A stretch of 64,000 nucleotides of DNA, taken from contig CAYMOT010000004.1 of NCBI GenBank assembly GCA_964392315.1, positions 1,981 to 65,980 of the forward strand, in the 5' to 3' direction. The stretch comes from an uncultured Candidatus Saccharibacteria bacterium (GTDB taxonomy: Bacteria; Patescibacteriota; 4484-211; JAGQKX01). The translations under genes were made by a program, and so were the position numbers. Below the pieces are notes generated by a model. The model was not told where the DNA came from. It saw nothing but the letters and a program-made list of their open reading frames with translations, and made no database searches. Position 1 is the stretch's first letter. Each line of letters begins with the position of its first letter. Shown piece by piece: positions 18,423 through 28,614 of this stretch.

Positions 18423-19618
18423 TTTCATACATATCAACAGCATTGCAATCAATCTGGCACCACAAAATACGAAGTCTTTTGACGGTACTTGGCGTTGTCA
18501 TTGGTGTTTCCTCTGTAACCACACTCATTTCTCTTGGGCAAGGTTTAAAAAATGATGTATCGGGCCTTATTCAAGGATTTGGTACTAATGTTATTGTCGT
18601 ACTTTCCGGAAATATAAATGCCTCAAGCGGTCAGGTAAACCCGGCAAGTTTTGTGTCGTCTGATATATTGACGCTTGAGGATGTGTCGTTAATTCAAGAG
18701 AACCCAGATATAACCTCGGTGACGCCAATCTCCTTAGTTAATGGTCAGCTCAAAGCTGAAGAAGTGGTGACTTCCTCACCGATATTTGGGGCATTTCCGA
18801 CAATGCTTGATGCGTTCGAAGTTCTTGAGTTGGAAAAAGGTACTTTTTTTGAAAGTCGCAGTTCAGGAAATGTCATTGTACTGGGTCCATCTACCACTAA
18901 GACGCTATTTGGTGAGAATGATCCGATAGGGAGGACGATTTTGCTGGGAGAGCGTGAGCTGACGGTAATAGGTACTTTTAAAGAGTCAAAATCAACGAGT
19001 CTGTTTGGCTCTGAGTTTGATAATGTGGCTGTTATTCCTTTTGATACTGCAACTGAGATTAATGAACAGGTTCGAATTAGCAGGATTGTTATAAAAGCAA
19101 AAGATACTGCAGATGTTACTTTAGTAAAAGATGCGCTCTTTCAAACCCTCCTCGCGCAACACGGAGGTGAAGAAGATTTTAGCGTACTTACCCAGGATGA
19201 TTTGTTGGATTTATTTAATCAGTTTCTTAATCTCTCAACTGCATTGGTATCGGCAATTGCGGCAATTTCTCTTGTAGTAGGAGGCATTGGAATTATGAAT
19301 ATAATGCTGGTTACGGTGTCAGAACGCACAAAAGAGATTGGTCTTCGAAAGGCAGTCGGGGCAACTAAGCTTGCGATTCTAATTCAATTTTTGACGGAAG
19401 CAGTTGTTATAACATCATTAGGGGGATTCGTGGGGTTAGGTCTATCATTATTGGTGGGGTATATCGTTCGCACTCAAACACCATTAGTTCCGGATATCAC
19501 TATGGATGTGGTGATCACGGCAATTGGGATTTCGACAGTTATTGGAGTTGTGTTTGGATTGTGGCCTGCAATTCGTGCTGCAAATAAAGATCCCATTGAA
19601 GCCTTGCGTGCAGAGTAG
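18419..19618 (+). CDS. ABC transporter permease, FtsX/MacB-type (4-TM with large periplasmic domain).
   Basis: N-terminal TM, periplasmic MacB_PCD-like domain and C-terminal FtsX fold ('AAISLVVGGIGIMNIMLVTVSERTKEIGLRKAVGA'). 4-bp overlap with the ATPase gene. Confidence 0.75.
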   Translation: MISYISTALQSIWHHKIRSLLTVLGVVIGVSSVTTLISLGQGLKNDVSGLIQGFGTNVIVVLSGNINASSGQVNPASFVSSDILTLEDVSLIQENPDITSVTPISLVNGQLKAEEVVTSSPIFGAFPTMLDAFEVLELEKGTFFESRSSGNVIVLGPSTTKTLFGENDPIGRTILLGERELTVIGTFKESKSTSLFGSEFDNVAVIPFDTATEINEQVRISRIVIKAKDTADVTLVKDALFQTLLAQHGGEEDFSVLTQDDLLDLFNQFLNLSTALVSAIAAISLVVGGIGIMNIMLVTVSERTKEIGLRKAVGATKLAILIQFLTEAVVITSLGGFVGLGLSLLVGYIVRTQTPLVPDITMDVVITAIGISTVIGVVFGLWPAIRAANKDPIEALRAE

Positions 19619-20623
19619 TCATACCTGAAGTAGTCCGTCTTCTACTAACGAACGGAAGTTCCAGATTCCTCTAGATTCCGTTTTGTATGACCAATAGAAC
19701 CATCCAGCGGTGGTTTGTTCGTAGATCCTCTTTTGAATCTTTCCATTTTTTATCATTAGTTCCAGTGCTTCATTTTTTCGCGTTTCTAGTATATTTTCTG
19801 ACATTACGAGACTCCATTCACCGATAATAACTTTTTGGTCTTTACTCAAGTTTTCATAAAGTTTAGAACGCATCTCTAATTGTGCAAAGTAGCTTTCTAC
19901 TGACAGTCGTTTTGCAGTAATATCATCAAAAAAGCCGTAGTGGTGGTTATCAAGTAAAACAGGGTAGCTTTCATTGACGTTTTTGATACATCCAGTAAAT
20001 ACGTGTGGACGAAATGCATCGTGAAAAGCAATGTAAAGGTTGGGATGTGCAACTTTAATTATTGCAGCATATGCTGCGTTATAGAATCTTCGAAGTTTGT
20101 ATCCAAAAAGATCCGATTTTGGCTCATTCACGAGTTGTAGACCGAACACGTTGCTGCAACTTCTGTATCGTTTTGCTAACCGCAGAAGTGTTTCTATGGT
20201 TTGTTGTTGGTTAATTTTTGAGTACCATTTTATTTGACCTAATCTACCGCTATGATCTTTTCCGTTTTGTGAACCGGGAGCAGCGTGTAGGTCTATCAAA
20301 ACAAGAAGGTGATATTTCTCTGCTTGTTGGATAGCCCAGTCAAGGTATTCAATTGAAGATATAAATGGGGGATCACCATCAAAGACCCAGTACCCTACAG
20401 GTATTCGCACTGCATTTATCCCATGATCAGACAACCATTGAAAGTCTTCAGCAATAATAAAGTTTTCATGATGTACTCTAAGCCTCGAAACATTTTGGGG
20501 ATTTTGGAGAAATGAATATTCATCAATAGCATTTGAGCCTTCGTAAAGCGACGGCGTCATCCAGCGCTCCGTGACAAGCCACCCACCAAGATTTACTCCC
20601 TTTAAAAAGGGTAAAGAATCCAT
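19619..20623 (-). CDS. Glycoside hydrolase family 5 (cellulase/beta-glucosidase-like).
   Basis: Catalytic acid/base 'LVNEP', 'GEW' nucleophile region (IIGEWSL) and (beta/alpha)8 pattern. The ATG at 20623 (MDSLPFLKGVNLGGWL) is preferred over the track start at 20725. Confidence 0.6.
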   Translation of the reverse strand: MDSLPFLKGVNLGGWLVTERWMTPSLYEGSNAIDEYSFLQNPQNVSRLRVHHENFIIAEDFQWLSDHGINAVRIPVGYWVFDGDPPFISSIEYLDWAIQQAEKYHLLVLIDLHAAPGSQNGKDHSGRLGQIKWYSKINQQQTIETLLRLAKRYRSCSNVFGLQLVNEPKSDLFGYKLRRFYNAAYAAIIKVAHPNLYIAFHDAFRPHVFTGCIKNVNESYPVLLDNHHYGFFDDITAKRLSVESYFAQLEMRSKLYENLSKDQKVIIGEWSLVMSENILETRKNEALELMIKNGKIQKRIYEQTTAGWFYWSYKTESRGIWNFRSLVEDGLLQV

Positions 20624-20663
20624 ACCTGCATTATAGTCTTTACAAAAAAGCACTGTGTAAATG

Positions 20664-20692
20664 TTGACAGATGTAAATACATATTCTAATAT
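20664..20692 (+). promoter_or_regulatory. Sigma70-like promoter for the copper operon: -35 TTGACA (20664-20669), 17-bp spacer, -10 TAATAT (20687-20692). Flanked by direct repeats TGTAAAT / ATGTAAAT.
   Basis: Near-consensus hexamers with a 17-bp spacer, 6 nt upstream of the ArsR-family ORF start. The repeated motif around the -35 could be the repressor operator. Confidence 0.4.
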
Positions 20693-20698
20693 ACGAAT

Positions 20699-21178
20699 AT
20701 GTATTCCTTGGTATTCGATTTGCATGCAGATTTATTAAAAGCATTGGCGCATCCTCGTAGGTTGGAAATTATTAACCTCTTGCGACATCAAGAACTTCCG
20801 GTAACGGACATTCACACGATGTTAGATTTACCTCAGGCAAATATTAGCCAACATTTGATGGTGCTGCGTGAAGCTCAGATTGTGAGTACGAGGAGAAATG
20901 GCAAACAAATATATTACTCGGTCACTGATCCACGAATTGTGGAAGCGAGTGACTTATTGAGAGATTATTTATCTGATTCTCATACAGAAATTGGTTCGCA
21001 AAAAGAGTTGAAACTAAGTATGAAAGATCTTGTGCCTATTGTACATGATCCAGTGTGTGGTATGCGTATCTCTCCGAAGACTGCCGGATTCAGTTCTTAT
21101 TTCGGTGATAAAACCTATTATTTTTGCGCAAGTGGGTGCTTCAAAGAATTCGAGAAGCACCCGAAAAAATATGCATGA
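20699..21178 (+). CDS. ArsR/SmtB-family metalloregulator fused to a C-terminal TRASH/YHS-type metal-binding domain.
   Basis: Winged HTH '[16 protein letters not shown]...[14 protein letters not shown]'. C-terminal '[39 protein letters not shown]' matches the YHS/TRASH Cys pattern (C-x...C...C-x3-C). Its stop overlaps the copA start. Confidence 0.6.
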   Translation: MYSLVFDLHADLLKALAHPRRLEIINLLRHQELPVTDIHTMLDLPQANISQHLMVLREAQIVSTRRNGKQIYYSVTDPRIVEASDLLRDYLSDSHTEIGSQKELKLSMKDLVPIVHDPVCGMRISPKTAGFSSYFGDKTYYFCASGCFKEFEKHPKKYA

Positions 21179-23471
21179 TAATCATACACAAACATTTACC
21201 GTTTCCGGCATGCACTGCGCATCATGCGCACAAAATATTAAACGGTCGTTAAAGAAACTAGAAGGTGTTACAGACTGTGAAGTAAATTTTGCCACAGAGA
21301 CCGCACAGATTTCTTATGATCAATCAAAGCTACAGACCGAGGATATGAACAAGGCGATTGGCTCTTTGGGGTATTCCTTGCATGGTATTGGATCATCACA
21401 TCATGCTGACCACGATATGATGACACCGGTTACTTCGGACACAGCAAAAAAAGAACGTAAGCTTCAGGAACTTGCAGAACTTCAACGAAAGGTAATAGTT
21501 TCTCTTCCCATGGTTGTGGTGAGTATTCTTGTAATGGTGTGGGAAATCGCAGCGGATCCGTTTATGCTTGTTCCAGAAATGCCCTTAGTAGTTATGGACT
21601 TTTTTCATCACCTGCTGCCGGTCCTAGCAACGTATATGTTGTTTGTCGTTGGGGTTCCCTATTTAAAAGGTATGGTGCGTTTCTTCCGGCATGGAGTAGC
21701 GAATATGGACTCCTTAGTTGGTATAGGAACGTCTGTTGCCTTTGTATATAGTTTCATCATTACTGCGTTTGAAGAAGTACTCTCCCCTTATATCAATACT
21801 GAACAGTCATATTATGATGTGACTATTGTTGTGGTTGGATTTATTACTTTAGGTAAGTATTTAGAAAATCGTTCAAAGCTCAAAACAGGAGAAGCAATAG
21901 AGAAGCTGCTTAATCTTCAGGCAAAAAGCGCATTGGTGTTGCGAGACGGCAAGGAAATTGAAATTCCAATTGATCAAGTGCAAGTTGATGACATGGTGAT
22001 AGTAAAACCTGGCCAGAAGATACCGGTTGATGGAGTGATCATAAGTGGCTCTACTTCTATTGACGAGTCGATGATTACCGGCGAATCTCTTCCTGTAGAT
22101 AAAGTTATGGGGGATATAGTTATCGGAGCGACAATGAACAAGCAGGGGTTTTTACAAATCAAGGCAACAAAGGTCGGGAGTGACACCATGCTTTCACAAA
22201 TTATTAAGATGGTTGAAGATGCACAGGGATCAAAAGCTCCAATTGAGAAGCTAGCAGATCAAATTTCTGCAATATTTGTGCCAATCGTACTTCTACTTGC
22301 AGAGATTGTGTTTTTTATTTGGATACTTTTTGGCTTCTTTTATCTGCCTGCAAGCGCGGTGCTTCCTTTGGCAATTGTATCTTTTGTAGGAGTTTTAGTA
22401 ATAGCATGCCCATGTGCGATGGGACTAGCCACTCCTACTGCAGTGATTGTAGGGGTGGGTAAAGCTGCTCAAAATGGCATTCTTATTAAGAACGCTGAAA
22501 GTCTGGAAAAACTACAACGTATCAATTTTGTTGTGATGGATAAAACGGGAACTATAACAAAAGGTGAACCTGAAGTAACCAATATTCATCCAGTAGCAAA
22601 TATTACGAGTGATCAGGTCTTACGTATCATAGCATCTTTAGAGAATCATTCGGAACATCCACTAGCACAAGCAATTGTGAAAAAGGCTAAACAGGAAGGC
22701 TTGGCACTTGAGCCCGTCGAGAGTTTCATGGCGATTGAAGGGAAAGGGGTAACAGGATCAATCGCCGGTACTGAATATTATGCAGGAAACAAAACGCTCG
22801 TTGCAGAGTTAGGGTTGACGGTCGATACAGACATTATCCAGTCATTTGCCGTGCAAGGCAAAACGCCAGTTATACTTATGGCAAAAGAAACGATACTGGC
22901 ATATATCGCGATTGCAGATACGGTTAAAGAGAGCGCGGCATCAGCGGTGAAACAACTACATGCACAAGGAATTAAGGTAGCCATGCTCACAGGAGATAAT
23001 GCACAAACTGCCAAATATATTGCAGATCAAGTAGGAATAGATACGGTTATCGCCGAGGTACTTCCTGCCGACAAAGCAAATGAGATCAAAAAATTACAAC
23101 ATGAGGGGAAGAAAGTTGCAATGGTTGGAGACGGTATCAACGATGCGCCTGCACTTGCAACTGCTGATGTTGGAATAGCGATGGGTACGGGTACTGATGT
23201 GGCAATTGAATCAGCAGGAATCACCTTACTCAGTGGCGATATTCACAAATTGCCAAAAGCTATTAAACTATCGAAAGCAACTATGAAAACAGTAAAACAG
23301 AACTTGTTTTGGGCATTCATATACAATGTACTCGGTATTCCTATTGCAGCGGGGGTGTTGTACCCCTTATTTGGTATTATGTTAAATCCAGCAATTGCAG
23401 GAGGAGCAATGGCTTTTTCCAGTGTGAGTGTTGTATTAAATGCACTTCGATTGAAGCGTGTTAAATTATGA
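21171..23471 (+). CDS. copA: Copper-translocating P1B-type ATPase.
   Basis: N-terminal HMA '[11 protein letters not shown]', TM6 'CPC' ([11 protein letters not shown]), 'DKTGTIT' phosphorylation site and hinge 'VGDGINDAP'. ATG 21171 preferred; the track ORF starts at 21030 inside the regulator gene. Confidence 0.85.
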   Translation: MHDNHTQTFTVSGMHCASCAQNIKRSLKKLEGVTDCEVNFATETAQISYDQSKLQTEDMNKAIGSLGYSLHGIGSSHHADHDMMTPVTSDTAKKERKLQELAELQRKVIVSLPMVVVSILVMVWEIAADPFMLVPEMPLVVMDFFHHLLPVLATYMLFVVGVPYLKGMVRFFRHGVANMDSLVGIGTSVAFVYSFIITAFEEVLSPYINTEQSYYDVTIVVVGFITLGKYLENRSKLKTGEAIEKLLNLQAKSALVLRDGKEIEIPIDQVQVDDMVIVKPGQKIPVDGVIISGSTSIDESMITGESLPVDKVMGDIVIGATMNKQGFLQIKATKVGSDTMLSQIIKMVEDAQGSKAPIEKLADQISAIFVPIVLLLAEIVFFIWILFGFFYLPASAVLPLAIVSFVGVLVIACPCAMGLATPTAVIVGVGKAAQNGILIKNAESLEKLQRINFVVMDKTGTITKGEPEVTNIHPVANITSDQVLRIIASLENHSEHPLAQAIVKKAKQEGLALEPVESFMAIEGKGVTGSIAGTEYYAGNKTLVAELGLTVDTDIIQSFAVQGKTPVILMAKETILAYIAIADTVKESAASAVKQLHAQGIKVAMLTGDNAQTAKYIADQVGIDTVIAEVLPADKANEIKKLQHEGKKVAMVGDGINDAPALATADVGIAMGTGTDVAIESAGITLLSGDIHKLPKAIKLSKATMKTVKQNLFWAFIYNVLGIPIAAGVLYPLFGIMLNPAIAGGAMAFSSVSVVLNALRLKRVKL

Positions 23472-24498
23472 TATGGATCTTATAGTAATATTCATCACCG
23501 GACTTACTACAGGCGGGTTGACGTGTCTTGCGATGCAAGGGGGGTTACTCACCAGTGTTATCGCGAACCAAAAGGAATCTGAGCATGAATCTGGAAAATT
23601 CTCGAAAAACGACTGGCAGCCAGTAGTTCTGTTTCTAGGGACTAAACTAATAGCGCATACTATTTTAGGTTTTCTACTTGGTCTTCTTGGTTCTGTGCTT
23701 ACCCTGAGCTTGGAGGTTCGCCTGGCGTTTCAAGTATTCACTGCATTGTTCATGTTTGCTACGGCGATGAACTTGTTAAATGTACATCCGATATTTCGGT
23801 ATGTTGTGATACAACCGCCAAAGTTTCTCCAACGTTATGTCAGGAAGTCGTCTAAAAGCGATCAGTTATTCGCACCTGCATTGCTTGGATTTTTAACAAT
23901 TTTTATTCCTTGTGGAGTCACACAGGCAATGGAAGTTTTGGCAATTAATTCCGGCAATCCGGTATATGGTGCATTAATTATGTTTTCGTTTGTGTTGGGG
24001 ACGTCTCCGTTATTTGGCTTGATAGGTATTGCTACTGCGAAGCTCTCGGAGCGGTGGTATCAAAGCTTTATGCGGGTTGCCGCTATGATACTAATCGGAA
24101 TGGCGTTATATAGTTTAAATGGTGTGTTAGTTGTAGCGGACTCGCCGTTCAGTTATCAAAATATAGTCGCAAGAATTCAAGCAAAACAAGAACAAAAAAC
24201 AGTTACTCCTGCTACCATTGGAATTACTGACGGTGTTCAGAAAGTCAATATTGGTGTATATAACAGCGGGTATAGCCCAAATTATTTTCGTGTACAAAAG
24301 GACGTACCTGTAGAGATTTCGTTGCAAAGCAATGAAACCTATTCATGTGCAGTGGCTTTTGTATTCCCTAGTTTTGGCATTAAAACGTTTCTAGATCCAA
24401 CCGATATTGAAACCTATTCATTTACGCCGACAAAACCCGGACGGTATACCTACACCTGTTCAATGGGAATGTACACCGGGGTCATGGAGGTTATATAA
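23458..24498 (+). CDS. Integral membrane protein (about 7 TM) with a C-terminal Cys/Met-rich, possibly cupredoxin-like (low confidence) domain. Candidate copper-handling accessory protein.
   Basis: Hydrophobic N-terminal 230 aa. C-terminal domain '[30 protein letters not shown]...[17 protein letters not shown]' has a Cys/Met-rich CxMxM...M motif. Encoded between copA and copZ with overlapping ends. Confidence 0.35.
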   Translation: MLNYDMDLIVIFITGLTTGGLTCLAMQGGLLTSVIANQKESEHESGKFSKNDWQPVVLFLGTKLIAHTILGFLLGLLGSVLTLSLEVRLAFQVFTALFMFATAMNLLNVHPIFRYVVIQPPKFLQRYVRKSSKSDQLFAPALLGFLTIFIPCGVTQAMEVLAINSGNPVYGALIMFSFVLGTSPLFGLIGIATAKLSERWYQSFMRVAAMILIGMALYSLNGVLVVADSPFSYQNIVARIQAKQEQKTVTPATIGITDGVQKVNIGVYNSGYSPNYFRVQKDVPVEISLQSNETYSCAVAFVFPSFGIKTFLDPTDIETYSFTPTKPGRYTYTCSMGMYTGVMEVI

Positions 24499-24500
24499 CT

Positions 24501-24740
24501 ATGTTTGGAAAAAAAGAAATAAAACCAAACAATCAGGCAGTTACTTTGCACATTGACGGCATGCACTGCGTCAGTTGTGCGATGAATATTGATGGGGAAC
24601 TGGAGGAATTAGATGGTGTATCTTCTGCTAATACCAATTATGCCAAAGGAATAACTGTTATTTCATATGACTCAGAAAAAGCATCGATCGCAAAACTCAC
24701 TGAGGTGATTGAAGGGTTAGGATATAGGGTGACTACGTGA
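24501..24740 (+). CDS. copZ: Heavy-metal-associated domain copper chaperone.
   Basis: 79 aa with 'GMHCVSCAMNI' MxCxxC ferredoxin-like fold, immediately downstream of copA. Confidence 0.75.
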   Translation: MFGKKEIKPNNQAVTLHIDGMHCVSCAMNIDGELEELDGVSSANTNYAKGITVISYDSEKASIAKLTEVIEGLGYRVTT

Positions 24741-24745
24741 AGTAA

Positions 24746-25096
24746 TTATTTCGTATTTTCCTTCACGCGATACTTCACAATTTTCTCAATTAAGACATAG
24801 GGGATGGGTTCGTTCAGCTGAAACTGAATAGCTCCTTTGCTAGTTTTGTAATTCTTCAATTCCTCATTAAAGGGTGTGATGCCCGATGGGTTTGGATAAA
24901 ACCCGATATGGTTTTTGTATGCTGCGAAATGTACAAGATTCCCATTTAACTTAAAAGTTGGCATTTGGTAACTAATGGCTTCGGTTGCGTCAGGCGCTTC
25001 GTTTTGGATGATCATGCGAATCTTTTTCAGAATTGTTTGAATGTCTTCAGGAAATTGTGCAATGTATTCGTCGATCGTGTTAAGGTTACTTTTCAT
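24746..25096 (-). CDS. DUF1801 (YdhG-like) domain protein.
   Basis: 'TIDEYIAQFPEDIQTILKKIRMII...AISYQMPTF' resembles the YdhG/DUF1801 family. Confidence 0.55.
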   Translation of the reverse strand: MKSNLNTIDEYIAQFPEDIQTILKKIRMIIQNEAPDATEAISYQMPTFKLNGNLVHFAAYKNHIGFYPNPSGITPFNEELKNYKTSKGAIQFQLNEPIPYVLIEKIVKYRVKENTK

Positions 25097-25101
25097 CGTT
25101 A

Positions 25102-25557
25102 TTACTGCTCGTCTTGTTTGCCTCTGAATCGTGGGATTCTGTTAATAAATACCACGTACAAAGTAGCAACGACGCCTATGAAATGAAAATTGAATCCAAG
25201 TGCCATACCGATTGCTGCAGCATACCACACACTTGCGGCAGTGGTCAGATTAGTTACCTTACCAGATGATTCGGATTTTAGAATTATTCCAGCACCTAAA
25301 AACCCAACTCCTGATACAATTTGAGCGGCAATACGTGTTGGATCACCTACGTTAACTGTCTTTGAAAGAAAAGAAAACAACATTGCCGCGCCAATAACTA
25401 ATGTTTGGGTGCTAATCCCCGCGGGTTTATTCCGCCGCTCACGTTCTATACCGATAATGACTCCACATATTAATGCCAAAAGCAAGTCCATTAAAAATTC
25501 AGATTCCTGTGGTGAGATAGTCAATAGATCCTGCATAGTCCTAAGGTATAATAACAT
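25102..25557 (-). CDS. MgtC/SapB family membrane protein.
   Basis: 'LICGVIIGIERERRNKPAGISTQTLVIGAAMLF' matches the MgtC N-terminal consensus (GxERE...AG.RT). Confidence 0.7.
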   Translation of the reverse strand: MLLYLRTMQDLLTISPQESEFLMDLLLALICGVIIGIERERRNKPAGISTQTLVIGAAMLFSFLSKTVNVGDPTRIAAQIVSGVGFLGAGIILKSESSGKVTNLTTAASVWYAAAIGMALGFNFHFIGVVATLYVVFINRIPRFRGKQDEQ

Positions 25558-25560
25558 GAA

Positions 25561-26769
25561 ATGTTTCGGTCATTAAAACAGCTTCCGTATCTCAAGCCAT
25601 ACTATATCTCGGCGTTTTTAGGTGAAATATATTTTATCATTCCAATTTGGTTATTCTTCTACTTACGGGTTATTAATTACCAACAAGCAGCATTACTTAC
25701 GATCATTCAAGCGATAACAACAGTAATTCTTGAAATTCCCACTGGAGCACTCGCAGATGTAGTGGGTAAAAGAATTACACTTATCATCAGTTTCGGGGTA
25801 TGGGCATTAACATTATTAATGTATGTATTCGCCAACAGTTTTATATTCTTTGTTGTCTTAGAAGTTGTGAAAGGATTTGCTAAGGCTATGTACTCGGGAA
25901 CATTTGAAGCAATTGTTTATGATACTTTGCTAGAAAGAAAAGATGAGCAAAACTATACACAGGTCATTGCCGACTTTACTACATTGTCATGGGTTGGACT
26001 TTTTATTTCAGCTTACACAGGAGGAATTTTATATGAGTTACATCCCTTTATCCCGTATGCTCTGACGAGTTTCGTCTACCTCTTGTTAGCTTATATCTTT
26101 ATCAGATATATACATGAACCGAAAATTGATACTGAGGAGGAAGAAATATCTCTGCGTAGATATATTAAACAAAATGTTCAGGGGGTACACGAATTATTTA
26201 AAGATAAGTATATAGGGGTTGTAAGTTTTGCATTAATTATAGTTTCGCTCGGCTACTATGTTGCAAGCGAATTCCTTGGAATTTCGCAAGCGCGTGATTA
26301 TGGGTTACAGCCGATTCACGTGGGATTGCTTTTTGGCAGCGGGTATATAATAAGCGCGACATTCTCTCAGCTCTTCCCAAGACTAAAAAATCGGTTTTCA
26401 AATAGAACACTTTTTGCTTTAAGTGTAGCTGTATTAGCGACGTCGTTTTTGTTTGCCAAATTTATTGGACCAGTTCTAGGAGGTGTATTAATTCTATCCA
26501 GAATTTCATCATCGACGATTTTCGTAAACCTCAAATCAACTATAGTTAATTCTTATATTTCCAGCAAAAATCGAGCTACTGCATTATCAACTATGTCCCT
26601 TATGATGATCTTGCCATATTCGATATTATTGATATTTGGAGGTCCATACATTGATCGGACATCACCGAATCAGTTTGCGTTTATATGGGGACTGATCTTT
26701 ACATCGTTAATAACTTCAGCTGCGGTAGTGAGATTGATCATAGTAACTAATAAAGAGAATGATAATTAG
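25561..26769 (+). CDS. Major facilitator superfamily transporter.
   Basis: 12 predicted TM helices in a 6+6 arrangement with a central basic/acidic loop. 'ALADVVGKR' resembles the MFS motif A region. Confidence 0.6.
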   Translation: MFRSLKQLPYLKPYYISAFLGEIYFIIPIWLFFYLRVINYQQAALLTIIQAITTVILEIPTGALADVVGKRITLIISFGVWALTLLMYVFANSFIFFVVLEVVKGFAKAMYSGTFEAIVYDTLLERKDEQNYTQVIADFTTLSWVGLFISAYTGGILYELHPFIPYALTSFVYLLLAYIFIRYIHEPKIDTEEEEISLRRYIKQNVQGVHELFKDKYIGVVSFALIIVSLGYYVASEFLGISQARDYGLQPIHVGLLFGSGYIISATFSQLFPRLKNRFSNRTLFALSVAVLATSFLFAKFIGPVLGGVLILSRISSSTIFVNLKSTIVNSYISSKNRATALSTMSLMMILPYSILLIFGGPYIDRTSPNQFAFIWGLIFTSLITSAAVVRLIIVTNKENDN

Positions 26770-26776
26770 TCAAATA

Positions 26777-27184
26777 TTAGCCACTTTCTTGTATAGTTAT
26801 GTCCCTGTAAAACCTCCAGAACCAGTATCCAAAGAATAATTGAAACGGAATGTTTATCCAAATACCCCAAGGTAATGAAAAGATAGGTGTTAGGACTAGT
26901 AATAGTAGTCCGAGCCCAGCGTTATCCAAGACTCCAAAGAGCAAAAGGAATTTAGTCAGTTTCTTTGTGGGTTTTTTGTAAATATACCAGTACACAAAAA
27001 AATCGAGCAACACGATTATCCCCCAGATTCTTACAAGTAAAAGTTGAAAGTCAGATAGTTGAAGTCCAAAATATGGAATTAACGACTTAGGAATCAGCAA
27101 TGGTACTAATCCCCATATAACAATCACCATGAAAAACTTGAAATACATGACATATTTGAAAGTGGAAGTTCTGGCAAGGTTCAT
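26777..27184 (-). CDS. Hypothetical small membrane protein.
   Basis: Four hydrophobic helices. The longer track ORF (to 27220) runs into the tRNA-Gly gene, so the internal ATG at about 27184 (MNLARTS...) is preferred. Confidence 0.3.
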   Translation of the reverse strand: MNLARTSTFKYVMYFKFFMVIVIWGLVPLLIPKSLIPYFGLQLSDFQLLLVRIWGIIVLLDFFVYWYIYKKPTKKLTKFLLLFGVLDNAGLGLLLLVLTPIFSLPWGIWINIPFQLFFGYWFWRFYRDITIQESG

Positions 27185-27188
27185 GTTT

Positions 27189-27263
27189 TTGGAGCGGGAT
27201 ACGGGAATCGAACCCGTCACTCCACCTTGGGAAGGTGATGTTTGGCCACTAAACTAATCCCGC
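27189..27263 (-). tRNA. tRNA-Gly (anticodon CCC), CCA encoded.
   Basis: Reverse complement reads GCGGGAT-TA-GTTT-AGTGGCC-AAAC-A-TCACC-TTCCCAA-GGTGG-AGTGA-CGGGT-TCGATTC-CCGT-ATCCCGC-T-CCA. Anticodon loop TT-CCC-AA. Confidence 0.7.
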
Positions 27264-27404
27264 AGTACTCCTTATTAATAATACATGTAGTCAAATAATA
27301 CAAACACTAAGGGTAAAAATGACAAAAGCCGCAAGGCGATATCTCAACGCAGCGAGAGATATGCCCTACGACTTTTGTAACAAATTCCACGATATCATGC
27401 GGCA

Positions 27405-28187
27405 CTATTCCAATGCTGGAATAGTAAGGACATCACCTGGTTCGATCAGCGGATACGTAGCACCAGTTGTTTTGCTGGTGTACATGGTAATGTCGTTTTC
27501 TTCAGCATCAAAGATTCGTTGCCACTCAAATCCGGTACCATAAAAACGCTCTGCTATTTCCCATAACGTGTCACCATCTACAACAGTATACGTTGTACCT
27601 TCTCCTGGAGTTCCTGTTGGCTCATCTGGGGTCTCGGTCGGTGTTGGTGTTATGGTTGCTTGTGGAGTAGCAGTAGGTTCAGGCGTTGCGGTCGGTTCGG
27701 TAGCCTCAGTAGGCTCTTGCTCTGGACTATCGGTCGGCGTAGGTGTACCACCTTCATCTGTATTATCGGTCGGCATCGCGGTAGGGCCACCAAGCGCTGG
27801 GATAGTTAATTCTTGTCCCGTCTCTAACTGGGGTGCAGTTTTCGAAATACCGTTTGCATCAGCTATTGCAGTCCATTGATACCCATCGTTATATGCGCGT
27901 TGTGCAATTCTCCACAGTGTATCTCCTTCTTGTACAACATATTGTTCTCCACCAACTGGTACATTACCCGCCGTTGGAGATGGTGTTGCTTGGTTATCGC
28001 CATTTTCCGCAAGTTGATCATCAGGTACATTGACATCCTGATTAGTATCAGACTGGGTATTGAAGACGCTATAGATGAGGAATCCCGCTACAACAATAAG
28101 TATGCCTATGAGAACAGTAGCAAGTTGCGATTGACGCTCTGCGTTCTGATCCTGTGTTACGTTTGTAACCTCATTTTCTTTTGCCAT
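27405..28187 (-). CDS. LysM-domain peptidoglycan-binding protein with TM anchor and Pro/Thr/Glu-rich linker.
   Basis: Two LysM motifs (YTVVDGDTLWEIAERFYGTGFEWQRIF; YVVQEGDTLWRIAQRAYNDGYQWTAIA), one TM helix and the low-complexity linker TPTPTDSPEQEPTEATEPTATPEPTATPQ. ATG at 28187 preceded by AGGGAGGTGA. The longer TTG start at 28304 would overlap tRNA-Asp. Confidence 0.7.
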   Translation of the reverse strand: MAKENEVTNVTQDQNAERQSQLATVLIGILIVVAGFLIYSVFNTQSDTNQDVNVPDDQLAENGDNQATPSPTAGNVPVGGEQYVVQEGDTLWRIAQRAYNDGYQWTAIADANGISKTAPQLETGQELTIPALGGPTAMPTDNTDEGGTPTPTDSPEQEPTEATEPTATPEPTATPQATITPTPTETPDEPTGTPGEGTTYTVVDGDTLWEIAERFYGTGFEWQRIFDAEENDITMYTSKTTGATYPLIEPGDVLTIPALE

Positions 28188-28274
28188 AGTATTTAACTCT
28201 TCACCTCCCTTGGCAGTGAGTAATAAGAAAACATAATAATTACAAAGTAATGAGACCAGACAGTAAATACTGTC

Positions 28275-28351
28275 TGGCGGGATCGACGGGGCTCGAACCC
28301 GCAACCTCCGCCGTGACAGGGCGGTGCTCTAACCAATTGAGCTACGACCCC
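28275..28351 (-). tRNA. tRNA-Asp (anticodon GTC), CCA encoded.
   Basis: Reverse complement reads GGGGTCG-TA-GCTC-AATTGGTTA-GAGC-A-CCGCC-CTGTCAC-GGCGG-AGGTT-GCGGG-TTCGAGC-CCCGT-CGATCCC-G-CCA. Anticodon loop CT-GTC-AC. Confidence 0.8.
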
Positions 28352-28614
28352 CTAAAGGAGTTAGAAGAGTGCTGGTATTTTACCCATAACTCCGTCATCT
28401 CGGCAACTAGGACTTATGAAAGTCTAATTGCACGCTAACTTATAGTCACTCCTTCTAAACCATAATAGCGTAGTGTCGCGAGGCAGTCAATGTGGGTAGT
28501 GATATAATGCGATTAATAGACAAATAACCCAATAAACTAATAAACAAATATCGGTAGTACATTTGTTTATTTGGTTATTTATCATTTGTTTATTTTTACA
28601 CAGGGGGTGATATT

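Noticed and set aside
26777-27220. Full-length 147-aa version of the small membrane protein.
   Set aside because: Its first 12 codons overlap the tRNA-Gly gene. An internal ATG just outside the tRNA is more plausible. The gene itself remains low-confidence.
27568-28196. Plus-strand ORFs (103, 66, 106 aa) overlapping the LysM gene.
   Set aside because: Antisense translation of the Pro/Thr-rich linker produces long open frames with no motifs.
27405-28304. Full-length 299-aa LysM ORF starting at a TTG inside tRNA-Asp.
   Set aside because: The start lies inside the tRNA-Asp gene. The internal ATG at 28187 has a strong RBS (AGGGAGGTGA).
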